Shown here: positions 50,730 to 61,006 of the stretch, in pieces
Layout of the letters: each line of letters begins with the position of its first letter
How positions within the stretch are numbered: position 1 is the stretch's first letter
From: an uncultured Gemmatimonadaceae bacterium
Lineage (GTDB): Bacteria; Gemmatimonadota; Gemmatimonadetes; Gemmatimonadales; Gemmatimonadaceae
Assembly (NCBI GenBank): GCA_963781585.1
Contig: CAWAGQ010000014.1
Location: forward strand, 96,001 to 160,000
Reading direction: 5' to 3'
DNA: 64,000 bases
The notes under the pieces: model-generated
Told to the model about the DNA's origin: nothing
Database searches by the model: none
What the model saw: the letters and a program-made list of their open reading frames with translations, nothing else
Made by a program: the position numbers and the translations under genes

Positions 50730-51887
50730 ATGTCCGACACCACGACGACCGCGAACACCATCAACCTGCGCATGCTGCTCGATGAGATGATCGAGCGCGA
50801 CGCGTCCGACCTGCATCTCACGGCAGGCGAACGGCCCAAGCTGCGCGTCGACGGCGACATCGTGAACTCGGGCGTCGAAACGCTGCTCAGCCCGAAGGAC
50901 ACGCTCCAGCTGGCCTACTCGGTGCTGACCGAAAACCAGAAGAAGCGGTTCGAGATGGAAGACGAGCTGGATTTCTCGTTCGGCATTCAGAATCTGGCCC
51001 GGTTCCGTGGAAACTGCTTCAAGCAGCGCGGCTGCGTCTCGGTCGCCATTCGCCAGATTCCATTCAGCATCCGCACGTTCCAGGACCTTGGACTGTCGGC
51101 GGTCGTCGCCCGGATGGCCGAAAAACCCCGTGGTCTGGTTCTGGTCACCGGCCCCACCGGTTCGGGCAAGTCCACCACGCTCGCGGCCATGATCGACAAG
51201 GTCAATCGTGAGCGGAAGGGACACATCATCACGGTCGAAGACCCGATCGAGTTCATCCACCGGCACCAGGGCTGCATCGTCAACCAGCGCGAGGTGGGAA
51301 GCGACACGCACAGCTTCGCCAACGCGCTCAAGTACGCGCTGCGCGAGGACCCCGACGTCATTCTCATCGGCGAAATGCGGGACCTCGAGACCATCGCCGC
51401 CGCGCTCACCATCGCCGAGACCGGACATCTCGTCTTCGCCACGCTCCACACCAACTCGGCCGCCGAAGCGATCAACCGCATCATCGACGTCTTCCCCAGC
51501 CATCAGCAATCGCAGGTGCGCGCCCAGCTCGCCTTCGTGCTCGAGGGGATCATCACCCAGACCCTGCTCCCCCGGGCCCGGGGACGCGGCCGCGTCATGG
51601 CCGCCGAAATCCTCGTCATCACGCCGGCCATCCGCGCCCTGATCCGCGACGACAAGGTCCACCAGATCTACTCGCTGATGCAGTCGGGAAAGAAATTCGG
51701 GATGCAGACGCTCAACGATGCGCTCTATCAGCTCTACGTGGCGCGCGAAGTCGAGGAAGAGGAATGTCTGCGCGTCACGAGCGATCAGAACGAATTCCTC
51801 CGCCTGATCGGCCGACAGCCCGCCGGCGACGACGGGAAGGCCGACCGCAATGGCCGCCTCACCCCCATCAGCGCGGGACGCCGATGA
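50730..51887 (+). CDS. pilT: Type IV pilus retraction ATPase
   Basis: ASDLHL, GPTGSGKSTT, ALREDPDVILIGEMRD, AETGHLVFATLHTNS, AIRALIRD, GMQT. Confidence 0.96.
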   Translation: MSDTTTTANTINLRMLLDEMIERDASDLHLTAGERPKLRVDGDIVNSGVETLLSPKDTLQLAYSVLTENQKKRFEMEDELDFSFGIQNLARFRGNCFKQRGCVSVAIRQIPFSIRTFQDLGLSAVVARMAEKPRGLVLVTGPTGSGKSTTLAAMIDKVNRERKGHIITVEDPIEFIHRHQGCIVNQREVGSDTHSFANALKYALREDPDVILIGEMRDLETIAAALTIAETGHLVFATLHTNSAAEAINRIIDVFPSHQQSQVRAQLAFVLEGIITQTLLPRARGRGRVMAAEILVITPAIRALIRDDKVHQIYSLMQSGKKFGMQTLNDALYQLYVAREVEEEECLRVTSDQNEFLRLIGRQPAGDDGKADRNGRLTPISAGRR

Positions 51888-52000
51888 CGGCCAGCGCGTC
51901 GGCCGCGGCATCCCGTACGCCGGCGGGCGGTGCGTCGCGGCCCGACTGCCCCGAGTCCATTGCAACTGCCACCGCCTTTCTAACCACGGAATAGCATCGA

Positions 52001-53194
52001 ATGCCAGCCTTCACCTACACCGCCCGTACCTCCAACGGCGAGCTGCGCACCGCAACGATCGACGCCCCGTCGCGCGAGGACGTCGTCGCCCAGCTCCGCC
52101 GCCAGCGGATGAGCATCGTCAAGGTCGACGAGGACGCGAAGCCGAAGAAGCGCAAGGGCTCCATCAAGATGCGCGATGTGGTCATCTTCACGCGCCAGTT
52201 CTCGACGATGATCAACGCCGGTCTGCCGCTCGTGCAGGCCCTTGACATCCTCGCCAAGCAGTCGGAGAACAAGGTCCTCGCCGCGGTCACCCGCGACCTG
52301 GTCTTCGACGTCGAGTCCGGTCACACGGTGGCCGACGCGCTGGCCAAGCACCCGAACGCGTTCAGCGACCTGTACGTGAACATGGTCGCGGCCGGTGAGG
52401 CCGGCGGTATCCTCGACACCATTCTCCTCCGACTGGCGACGTTCATGGAAAAGAACGACGCCCTGGTCCGGAAAGTGAAGGGGGCGATGATCTACCCGGG
52501 CGTCATCATGAGCGTAGCGGTCATCGCCATCACCGTCCTGCTCATCTTCGTGATTCCGGTGTTCGAGGGAATGTTCAGCAGCGTCGGCCTCGCGCTCCCG
52601 CTGCCGACCCGGGTGGTCATCGGCATGTCGCGGTTCCTCAAGGGATACTGGTTCGTCGTGGCCGGGGTCATCGCGGGCACCGTCTGGCTGCTGCGTCGCT
52701 ACTACCGCACGTCGAACGGCAAGCTGGCCATCGACCGGATGCTGCTGCGGATGCCGGTGTTGGGCGACGTGCTCCGCAAGAGCGCCGTCTCCCGGTTCAC
52801 GCGCACGCTTGGCACCCTGATCAGTTCCGGCGTGAGCATCCTGGACGGTCTCGAGATCACCGCCAAGACGGCCGGCAATCGCGTCATTCAGGACGCGATC
52901 ATGTCGTCCCGGGCGAGCATCGCCGGCGGCGACACCATCGCCGCACCCCTCCAGAAGTCCGCCGTCTTTCCGCCGATGGTCATTTCGATGATCGCCGTCG
53001 GTGAGCAGACGGGCGGTCTGGACGAGATGCTCACCAAGATCGCCGACTTCTATGACGAAGAGGTAGACGCCGCGGTGAGCGGCCTGCTCGCGCTGCTGGA
53101 ACCGTTGATGATCGTCTTCCTCGGCGTGGTGGTGGGCGGCATGGTGGTCGCCATGTATCTGCCGATCTTCGACATGATCAACGCGGTGCAGTAG
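52001..53194 (+). CDS. pilC: Type IV pilus inner-membrane platform protein (GspF family)
   Basis: FTRQFSTMINAGLPL, AGEAGGILD, GEQTGGLDEML, EPLMIVFLG, MYLPIF. Confidence 0.95.
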   Translation: MPAFTYTARTSNGELRTATIDAPSREDVVAQLRRQRMSIVKVDEDAKPKKRKGSIKMRDVVIFTRQFSTMINAGLPLVQALDILAKQSENKVLAAVTRDLVFDVESGHTVADALAKHPNAFSDLYVNMVAAGEAGGILDTILLRLATFMEKNDALVRKVKGAMIYPGVIMSVAVIAITVLLIFVIPVFEGMFSSVGLALPLPTRVVIGMSRFLKGYWFVVAGVIAGTVWLLRRYYRTSNGKLAIDRMLLRMPVLGDVLRKSAVSRFTRTLGTLISSGVSILDGLEITAKTAGNRVIQDAIMSSRASIAGGDTIAAPLQKSAVFPPMVISMIAVGEQTGGLDEMLTKIADFYDEEVDAAVSGLLALLEPLMIVFLGVVVGGMVVAMYLPIFDMINAVQ

Positions 53195-53307
53195 ACCGGC
53201 GCGACACGCGCCAGGTCGGTCAGCGGACTCCGGGTTGCTCCCGGTCCGCGAGAAAGGTCAGAACACGCACGGTTGCGCCGCTGCCTCCACCGGGCAGCGG
53301 CGCAGTG

Positions 53308-53902
53308 CTATTGTGGAAGTCCTCCCATGGTACGGATCACCCGCCATTCGGCGGGCGTGACCGGGGTGACCGACAACCGGCCGATCCGCAGGAGCGCCAT
53401 CTGGGCAAGCTCCCGCCGCTTCCGGATCTCGGGGAGCGACACGGCGCGTGGAAAGCGCTCCGCCGCCCGGATGTCCACCACGAACCAGATCGGCGCCGAT
53501 GGATCGGACCGCGGGTCGAAGTTCTCGTGCTTCGGGTCGAGAGCCGACGGATCCGGGATGGCCCTCGCGCACCACGTCGCACGTCCCGACGATTGCCGGC
53601 GGCGTCGCCATCGAGTGATAGAACAGCACACCGTCCCCGCGCTTCATGCCGTCCCGGAGAACGTTGCGCGCGGTGAAGTTGCGCACGCCGTCCCAGTGGG
53701 TGGTCCGGCCCGGGCCCGCCTCGAGATCGTCGAACGAGAACACCATGGGTTCCGACTTGACCAGCCAGTAGCGGCGTTCACCGGGCGACCGCGCTGCCAG
53801 TGCGGCTGCCCAGGTTCCCGAAGCCTCGGGCGCCGCGCTGCGCGTACCGCTCGGTTTCCCGCGTCTCGCCGCGCCTGATCCGCGCCCTTTCCTCACGCCC
53901 AT
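53308..53902 (-). pseudogene. EVE domain protein split by one extra base near 53555 (pseudogene or sequencing error)
   Basis: N-half (YWLVKSEP, WDGVRNFTARN, VLFYHS) and C-half (PDPSALDP..FDPRS, RLSVTPV) lie in different frames joined at GGC CAT CCC GGA TCC. Confidence 0.85.
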
Positions 53903-53939
53903 GCGCCCGCCCTCCTCGTCGCCATGGTCGCTGCCGTCG

Positions 53940-55106
53940 TCAACTGGAGTAGTACGCCGCGTTCTCGTCGATGTAGCCTTTGGTGAGATCGCACCCGTAG
54001 GCCGTCGCCGTCGCCGCGCCGACGCCTAACGCGACCTCGATGTCCACGGTCTCGCTGCCGAGCGCCGTCCGGACCGCGCTGTCGTCGAATTCGAGGCGCG
54101 CGCCGCCGCGGACCACCGGGAACCCGTTGATCCGGACGTCGGTCTGCCCGGGCACCACCACGCACTCGAAGCACTTGCCCACCGCCATCAGGATCCGTCC
54201 CACATTGGGGTCGGCGCCGTGCACCATCGTCTTCACGAGGGGCGAGTTCACCAGGGACTTGGCGACGCGTCGGGCGTCGTCGTCGCTGGCCGCCCCGCGC
54301 ACCGTCGCGCGCAGCAGGTGCGTTGCCCCCTCTCCATCCCGCGCGAGCACTTCGGCCATCCGCACGGAGCCGGCGATCAGGGCGTCCAGAAACGCTCCTG
54401 CGTCCACCGGCCCGGCCATGCCATTGGCCATGACCGCGCAGGTATCCGACGTGCTCGTATCGCTGTCGACCGAGAGCATGTTGAACGACACCCGTACCGC
54501 GCTGCGAAGCATGGTGTCGAGCGGCGACGCCTCGAGCGCGGCGTCGGTGAAGATGTAGACGAGCATGGTGGCCATGTTGGGCTCGACCATGCCGGAGCCC
54601 TTCGCCACCCACGAGATGGTCGCATCGCCCACTCCCAGCGACAGCGCCTTGGGACGGCTGTCGGTGGTCATGATGCCTTCTGCGCCGACCAATGGGTCGT
54701 CGCGCAATTCCCCCGCCATGCCGCGGATCCCGCGCTCGACGGTCTCGATCGGGAGGGGCACGCCGATCACGCCGGTCGAGCTCACCAGCACCCGGTCGGC
54801 GCTGGTCCCGATTTCGGCAGCGGCCGCGCGCGCCATCCGGCGGGCGTGCTCCAGCCCGGTGGTTCCGGTGGCGACGTTGCTGTACCTGCTGTTGGCGACA
54901 ATGCCGCGCAAGCGACCGCCGCGGATCGTAGTGCGACCGAGCACGATGGGTGCGCCTGGAAAGTGATTGCGCGTAAAGACCGCCGCCGCGGTCGCGTCCA
55001 CGTTGCTGACGAAGAGAGCCAGATCCTTCGCGGCGGGCTTGAGTCCGCAATTGCGGCTCGCGCACCGGAAGCCACCGGGGAATCGAGGCGTGTCGTGAAA
55101 GGACAT
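53940..55106 (-). CDS. argJ: Ornithine acetyltransferase / N-acetylglutamate synthase
   Basis: VFTRN, SSTGVIG, IMTTD, AKGSGMVEPNMATML, DSDTSTSD, RDGEGAT, GCDLT.GYI..NA.Y. Confidence 0.95.
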   Translation of the reverse strand: MSFHDTPRFPGGFRCASRNCGLKPAAKDLALFVSNVDATAAAVFTRNHFPGAPIVLGRTTIRGGRLRGIVANSRYSNVATGTTGLEHARRMARAAAAEIGTSADRVLVSSTGVIGVPLPIETVERGIRGMAGELRDDPLVGAEGIMTTDSRPKALSLGVGDATISWVAKGSGMVEPNMATMLVYIFTDAALEASPLDTMLRSAVRVSFNMLSVDSDTSTSDTCAVMANGMAGPVDAGAFLDALIAGSVRMAEVLARDGEGATHLLRATVRGAASDDDARRVAKSLVNSPLVKTMVHGADPNVGRILMAVGKCFECVVVPGQTDVRINGFPVVRGGARLEFDDSAVRTALGSETVDIEVALGVGAATATAYGCDLTKGYIDENAAYYSS

Positions 55107-55299
55107 GCGCGAAATTACCGTCCCTGGTGCCGGCCCCGCCATCCGCCGAACGCCTGGCGCCGCATCAGATGCTCCCGCCGGGCAAGGTGTCCGCTGTCCG
55201 GCGGGGCGACCCAGGCATGTCCCGGAGGCGGCAAAGACAGTTTGCACGACCGATGAATGGCGTGCGGCCGGGCAGCCGCCGTACGTTGCTTTCCAGAAA

Positions 55300-55490
55300 G
55301 TGCGCCCGCGACGAAGCGTCTGGTGGTCGGGGATAGAGTCGGGGGGAGAGGCGCTTCGTTGCGGGGCGCGCGGCGCAATGGGCACGGGATGCGCGATGAC
55401 GACTGACGTCTGGCTCAGCCGGTCTGCAGTCAGTCGCGCAGCCCGTGCCCAAAGCGTTTTCGCGCCTCGCGGTTTCAGCGGCGCGCAACA
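55300..55490 (+). ncRNA. Candidate structured RNA (consecutive long hairpins), unassigned
   Basis: Inverted repeats 55300-55321/55349-55371 and 55379-55400/55429-55451, plus a short one at 55460-55486, in an intergenic region with no credible ORF. Confidence 0.3.
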
Positions 55491-55506
55491 GGACGGCCGT
55501 AACGAC

Positions 55507-55552
55507 GAGACAACAACACGCCCATCCATCCGGATGGGCGTGTTGTTGTCTC
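55507..55552. terminator. Perfect 21-bp hairpin, probable bidirectional terminator
   Basis: GAGACAACAACACGCCCATCC-atcc-GGATGGGCGTGTTGTTGTCTC; U-rich 3' arm on both strands. Confidence 0.75.
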
Positions 55553-55665
55553 ACAGGGCGCGGAACGGCGGTAATCCGGTTCGGGACACACGCGCGCCCG
55601 TTGCGCCTGGGGCCGGATCCCGGCCGCGCCGGCAGGTGATTCGACCTTTCCGATCAGGCCGCGTG

Positions 55666-56289
55666 CTAGCCGGTGGTGCCGCCGACCGTCTGCTGCAGTT
55701 GCCTGGCCCGGTCGAGGTGGGCGGAAATCGTCGCCCGCGAGTTCTGCAGCAACTGCTTCAGGTCTGCATTCGCCGCCGACGGGATCAGGTTCTGATCGAG
55801 CTCATCGAGTTGCTTCTGCAGAGACTGGACCTCGTGACCCAGATAGGTGTTGTCGAAGTCCGAACCGGACTGCCCCTTGAGCGAGCTGAGCGTCTGGTCG
55901 GCATCGCTCTGCCACGCCATGCTCTTGTCGTTAGGCATGCCGGTGATCGATGCGCTCTGGGCGAGGTTCTGCGCGTCCTTGTTCAGGTTGGCGTCGTCGC
56001 TGACCATCGTCCTGGCGAACTCCTTGACGCCGGCGCTCTTCGCCTTGGTCCTGGCAAGCGCGCTGACCGCGCTGTCGGCGGTATTGGCCGTGTAGAACAC
56101 CTGGAGGATGTCCGCATCGGCCATCGCGGGCGTGGCGGGCAGGGCGGTGGCGGGAGCGGTATCGACACCGGCCATGGTATCGACCGCCATCTGGTCCTGC
56201 CGCGACTTGCAGGCCGCGAGCGCCAGCGCCAGCAAGGCCAGCGCGGCGAGCCGCGGCGCCTTGAGGGTATCCGGGAGCGTGGAGAACAT
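55666..56289 (-). CDS. DUF4142 family lipoprotein
   Basis: Strong SD; lipobox LAAC; VKEFARTMVSD, GSDFDNTYL, LIPSAANADLKQLL, HLDRARQL. Confidence 0.88.
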   Translation of the reverse strand: MFSTLPDTLKAPRLAALALLALALAACKSRQDQMAVDTMAGVDTAPATALPATPAMADADILQVFYTANTADSAVSALARTKAKSAGVKEFARTMVSDDANLNKDAQNLAQSASITGMPNDKSMAWQSDADQTLSSLKGQSGSDFDNTYLGHEVQSLQKQLDELDQNLIPSAANADLKQLLQNSRATISAHLDRARQLQQTVGGTTG

Positions 56290-56654
56290 GAGACCTCTCC
56301 TCCTTGTCGGTTTGAATGGTGATCGGCGCCGGAAGCCTAACGAACACCGGTCGATCGCCGAGCGTCGCGTCGATGGCGCCACTGGCGCGACCATAGCGGC
56401 TCCGATGGCCTCCGATGATGGGGGTGCGTCTACCGTCCTGCTGTCCGAACGCGCGCATGATCGCCGGGTGCGTCGGTACGCGCGGCCGGGTCCGGCAGCG
56501 GCCGCATTGTTGCCCCGGGCCGCGATGCACTGTGGCCCGATCGCGCACCGTTTGTCTGTGATCCATCCGACGCTGCCGCGCCGCGCGACCGGCCTCGGCT
56601 GCAGACGTTGGGTCGGGCCCAACACCCGGCTTCGGCGCGGTTCGCGACGTCCAG

Positions 56655-57533
56655 TCACTGCATCAGGCGGAGCTGTGGCGCCGTGTAGTCCGGCGAGCTC
56701 GCGGGCAGGAAGAACGGAGAGGACGAGTAGTGCCGCAGGAGGTCGCACGCGTCGTCGTACAGGGCCACGGCCCCTCGGAGCGCCGAGTCGCGCCAACCCC
56801 CACACCGCAACGCGACGACGTCGATCCCCGCGCGCACGCCGGCGGCCACGTCGTAAGGCGTGTCCCCCAGCAACACGATCGAATCGGTGTCGCATCCGGT
56901 ACGGCCAACGGCCGCGTGCACCACATCATCCTGCCGGTGGGCGTCCACGTCGGTCCCCGACACCACGTCGTCCAGAAGGTCCGCCACCGACGTGACACGC
57001 GCGAGCCCCTCCGCCTCCTCCTGCAGTGCGTTGGTGGCGGCAATGAGTCGCAGCCCATCGCGCTTCATCCGCTGGAGCAGTGCCCGCGTCCCGACGAACG
57101 GCAGCAATCGCGGCAGATACCAGGTGCGGAACACCTGAGACCGACGTTCGAGAATACGTTCGAGCGCGTCGGTGCTCGCGGGCGCGCCAATCGCATGGTG
57201 CACCACACGCTCCGGCGTCATTCCCACCAGCGGTCGCAGCAGATCCAGGGCGACCTCGTGACCGAAGTCGTGCAGCGCAACGAGCCACGCCAGCGCCTGC
57301 GCTTCGTTGCTGTCCAGCAGCGTGCCGTCCAGGTCGAGAATGGCGGCCCGGCGTCGCCGCATCCGCCGTGGACGTTCGACCTGCTCCGTCTCGCTCACGT
57401 GCGGCGGTGCGTCGGCCAGCCGTGGCAATACCGGTGTCTGACCGGTCAGTTGTTCGTGGGCGAAGACAGCGCTGTACGACGTCACCCCTGAAGGCGCCTT
57501 GGGGTGGGGCGTGTTCCGGTAGGTCGATCTCAT
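56655..57533 (-). CDS. HAD family hydrolase (phosphatase-like)
   Basis: ILDLDGTLLDSN, ATN, GDTPYDVAAG, LRCGGW. Start uncertain (57533 or 57362). Confidence 0.88.
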   Translation of the reverse strand: MRSTYRNTPHPKAPSGVTSYSAVFAHEQLTGQTPVLPRLADAPPHVSETEQVERPRRMRRRRAAILDLDGTLLDSNEAQALAWLVALHDFGHEVALDLLRPLVGMTPERVVHHAIGAPASTDALERILERRSQVFRTWYLPRLLPFVGTRALLQRMKRDGLRLIAATNALQEEAEGLARVTSVADLLDDVVSGTDVDAHRQDDVVHAAVGRTGCDTDSIVLLGDTPYDVAAGVRAGIDVVALRCGGWRDSALRGAVALYDDACDLLRHYSSSPFFLPASSPDYTAPQLRLMQ

Positions 57534-57765
57534 CGGTTCCCCCAACCAAATGCACATGGCGGTTGGGCGGCCGCGGCCGGGGCCAGACGCTCCGGCGTCC
57601 TCGCGCATCCGCCACACCGGCCTCGCCAGAACGTGGCAGCGGGATCGGTGGTGCCACAGAATGCGACACCGATGCATGCGGCAACATTCCGCTTCGGTAA
57701 AGACTTGGTATTGGCCTAACGGAGGGTGCGCTCGCGGCGGGTGCGTTCAGCGGGCGCGGAGCGCC

Positions 57766-58401
57766 TCAGCTGGTGCGGACGATCCCTCTTTTCAGCGCGA
57801 TGGAGGCGGCATGGGCGCGATCGCGCGCGCCAAACTTCGCCAGGATCGCCTTCACATGCGCTTTGACGGTGCCTTCGGTGATGTGAAGGTGACTCGCGAT
57901 TTCCTGGTTGGACCGGCCGGCGACCACCAGCTGCAGCGTGTCCAGTTGTCGTGGTGTGAGCGATGGCTTGGCCATGTGCTCGGCAAGCTTTGCCGCAATC
58001 CGCCCGGGAATTCGCTTCTCGCCGGAATGCACAGCGACGATCGTATCGACCAGCTCGCCAAGCCCTACGTCCTTCAGCAGATAGCTCGCCGCCCCCGCCT
58101 TCAGCCCGCGGTAGATGTCTTCCTCGGTATCATAGGTTGTCAGCAGGATGATTCGCGCATCGGCGTCGAGCTGACGCAGCGCCACGATGGTCTCCACGCC
58201 GTCCATCGGCGACATTCTCATGTCCACGAGAGACACGTCGGGGCGGGCCTGGCCGTACAATTCAAGAGCGCGCATCCCGCTTTCGGCGCTGCCCACAACG
58301 TCGATCCGCGGGTTGCGGCCGAGCAGCTCCGCGAGCCCCTGCCGCACCAGCTCGTGGTCGTCTACGATGAGAACGCGCGTACGTGCCGAGAGCGCTTCCA
58401 A
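57766..58401 (-). CDS. NarL/LuxR family response regulator
   Basis: VLIVDDHELVRQG, DMRM, YLLKD, LTPRQ...GRSNQEIA..LHITEGTVKAHV. Start uncertain. Confidence 0.93.
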   Translation of the reverse strand: MEALSARTRVLIVDDHELVRQGLAELLGRNPRIDVVGSAESGMRALELYGQARPDVSLVDMRMSPMDGVETIVALRQLDADARIILLTTYDTEEDIYRGLKAGAASYLLKDVGLGELVDTIVAVHSGEKRIPGRIAAKLAEHMAKPSLTPRQLDTLQLVVAGRSNQEIASHLHITEGTVKAHVKAILAKFGARDRAHAASIALKRGIVRTS

Positions 58402-58626
58402 TGGGCCCTGCCGAACAAGGAGTGTGGAAAGGTGCAAGACCACTTCATACCGCGCAAGGGACACCCTCCCTTCTCCCACATGAGGGATGGCGGTGTATGC
58501 CTAACGTAGCCGCATCCGTGTTCTCCGGACGGCCCATTGTGCGAGGCGGCCGCGACCGGCGAAAGTTCGACAAGGCGGCGGATTCGCCGACGCCGGGATG
58601 GTGGTGGACAGGCGACAGGTCGGAGC

Positions 58627-60398
58627 ATGGCGGTGTCAACGCAAAGGCGCGCACGAAGGGGCAGTCAGCAGCGGATCGAGCCACTTGATCGCGCCGGCGT
58701 TGTGAACGACCCCAGGAGTCCAACCCCCGTCTATCAACCCCTGCGCAGCCAGCACGTCGATGTGTTGCTCGACCGGGCCGGCGCGCTTCTCACGCACTCG
58801 CTGGATCTCTCAGAGGCGCTCCATCGCCTGGGCGATCTGCTCGTGCCACACTTTGCCGACTGGTGCAGCATCGCGCTCCTGGATGAGCAGCAGGACGCGT
58901 GGAAACTCGCGCTGACCCGACACGTTCCCCCGATTCCCGCGAACGCGAGCGATCGGATGGAGCGCCTGTTCGGCGAGTGGAAAAACACCGGGAGCGCCAC
59001 GCAGCGCATCCTTGCGCGGGGCGAACCGGTGGTGGTCCCGATGGTGACCGAAGCCTGGCTCGAGGCAAATGTCCCGACCGGCGACATGCTCGAAATTGCC
59101 CGAGCGTTGCCCGTCCGGTCCATTCTATATATGCCGCTGGAGATCGACGGCGGACTGCTTGGGTCACTCCTGCTGCTGGTGGCGGACGCCGATCGCGTGC
59201 CATACGGCCAGGAGGACCTGCGCACCGCCCGGCGTCTGGCCACCTTCGTCGCGGCCGTGCTGCGTAACGCCAAGCTCTGGCACGCGCTGCGTGGGGAACT
59301 CGCCGAACGACACCGCATGGAACGGAACCTCGAGGCGAACACCGGCGGGATGCGCACGCTCTCGGCGGGGCTGGGGCACGACCTCGGCAATCTGCTCCAG
59401 CCACTCCGGTTGCGTCTGGACTCGCTCGGCGCGATGGATCTTCCGCGACTGGCGGTCGCCGATCTGAGTGCCATTGGGCGCGTGCTGGAGCACCTGCAGC
59501 GTCTGACGAACGGTCTCCGCATGTTGGCCGGCAATCCTCGGCTGGAGCCGGACGCCAATGAGGCCGCGTTGCTTGGCGACTGGTGGCGCGACATGGAAGC
59601 GGTCCTCAAGGACGCCCTGCCGGCTGGCATCGTCCTCACGTGTGACTTGCCCCCACGGCTGCCGCCCATTCGCCTGTCCGGTCCCACCCTCACCCACATC
59701 GTCTTTCACCTCGTGCAGAGCGCCGGCCAGGCATTGCGCGGGCAGAGCGGCGGTACGGTGCGAATCTGGGCGGAACGCGTGGCACGGCCTCCGATGATTC
59801 GAGTGGGGGTCGAGGACAATGCCAGCACCGTGGACGAGGACCAGCGCCGCGAGCTGCGCGAGTTCACCCGGCCTTCGGGCGCCGCCGCCGCACCGGGGAG
59901 TCAGGGTCTTTCGCTGGTGCGCGCACTCGTCGAGCGGGCGGGGGGGAGATCGCGATCGGCGAGAAGGCCGCGCCGGGAACCGCGTTCGTGTTCACGATTC
60001 CCATCGCCGATCGGACGAGCGGCCCGCGCCGGACGAGCACCCTTGCGCGTGTATCACGGGTGACGCTGGCCGATTCGCGGACGTCGCGGCTCGTGGTCAG
60101 GGCGTTGCGCGGTTGCGGGTTCTACGTGGACGAAACCGGCGGACGGCTGCACGGCGAACCGCTCGTCTGGGTGACCGACCTTCCGTCGGCCAGCGGACTC
60201 GACGCAATGCTGGAATTCGTGCTCAGCGCGCCCCACCGCGTCGTCGTGCTCGTGAATGCACACAGCGTCCGGAGTCCACATCCTCGGGTGCACGTGCTGC
60301 CGTCCGACCCCGTCGAGTCGGAGCTGCGGAAGCTCCTGGCGGAGGTGCTCTCGCCGTCGCCGGGGTCCGGTTCGACAGGAACGTCCGCAACCGGTTAG
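58627..60398 (+). pseudogene. GAF-sensor histidine-kinase-like gene, frameshifted in a G7 run at 59940-59946
   Basis: GAF entry VPHFADWCSI; H-box GHDLGNLLQP; one added G gives GGEIAIGEKAAPGTAFVFTIP and joins ORF 59988-60398. Confidence 0.8.
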
Positions 60399-60583
60399 TT
60401 GTTGGCGACAGGACCGGTCGTCAGCGGCGGCCGCCTGATCGCTGTCGAATGGAACGTTCGCGCGCGGGGTAAACCCGCGGCAGCCCGCTCCTGGCCGAAG
60501 CAACCAGCCCCGCGAGGATTCTCCATGAGCGACGCGCGTGCCAGCCAGGCGAACGGCGATCGTCATACTTGCGTATAGCGAGG

Positions 60584-61006
60584 ATGAGCGCACACGACGA
60601 CTCTTCACCCTCGCGGGATCCGAAGGGAACCACTCCGCGACGAATCCTGGTCGTCGATGACGATCGCGATTCGGCCGAGACGATGGCGGCCCTGCTGCGC
60701 CATGACGGGCATGTGGTGCGGATCGCGCGAAGCGCGGGGGATGCGCTCGATCTCGCCCTGGAATCGACGCCCGACGTCGTGCTGCTCGACATCGGCCTTC
60801 CCGGGGTGAGCGGGTACGAAGTGGCCCGAACGCTGCGCGCGCGGCCGGGCGGCAGGGAGCTCAGAATCGCGGCGATTTCAGGGTACGGTCAGACCGAGGA
60901 TCGGCGGCGCGCAAACGAAGCCGGATGCGACGTCTACTTCACCAAGCCGGTGGCGATGGGCGCTCTTCGCGCCTACCTCTCGGGTCTCCCGCTCAGGTCT
61001 TTGTAG
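60584..61006 (+). CDS. Single-domain response regulator (receiver)
   Basis: ILVVDDD, PDVVLLDIGLPG, ISGYG, FTKPV. Confidence 0.92.
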   Translation: MSAHDDSSPSRDPKGTTPRRILVVDDDRDSAETMAALLRHDGHVVRIARSAGDALDLALESTPDVVLLDIGLPGVSGYEVARTLRARPGGRELRIAAISGYGQTEDRRRANEAGCDVYFTKPVAMGALRAYLSGLPLRSL

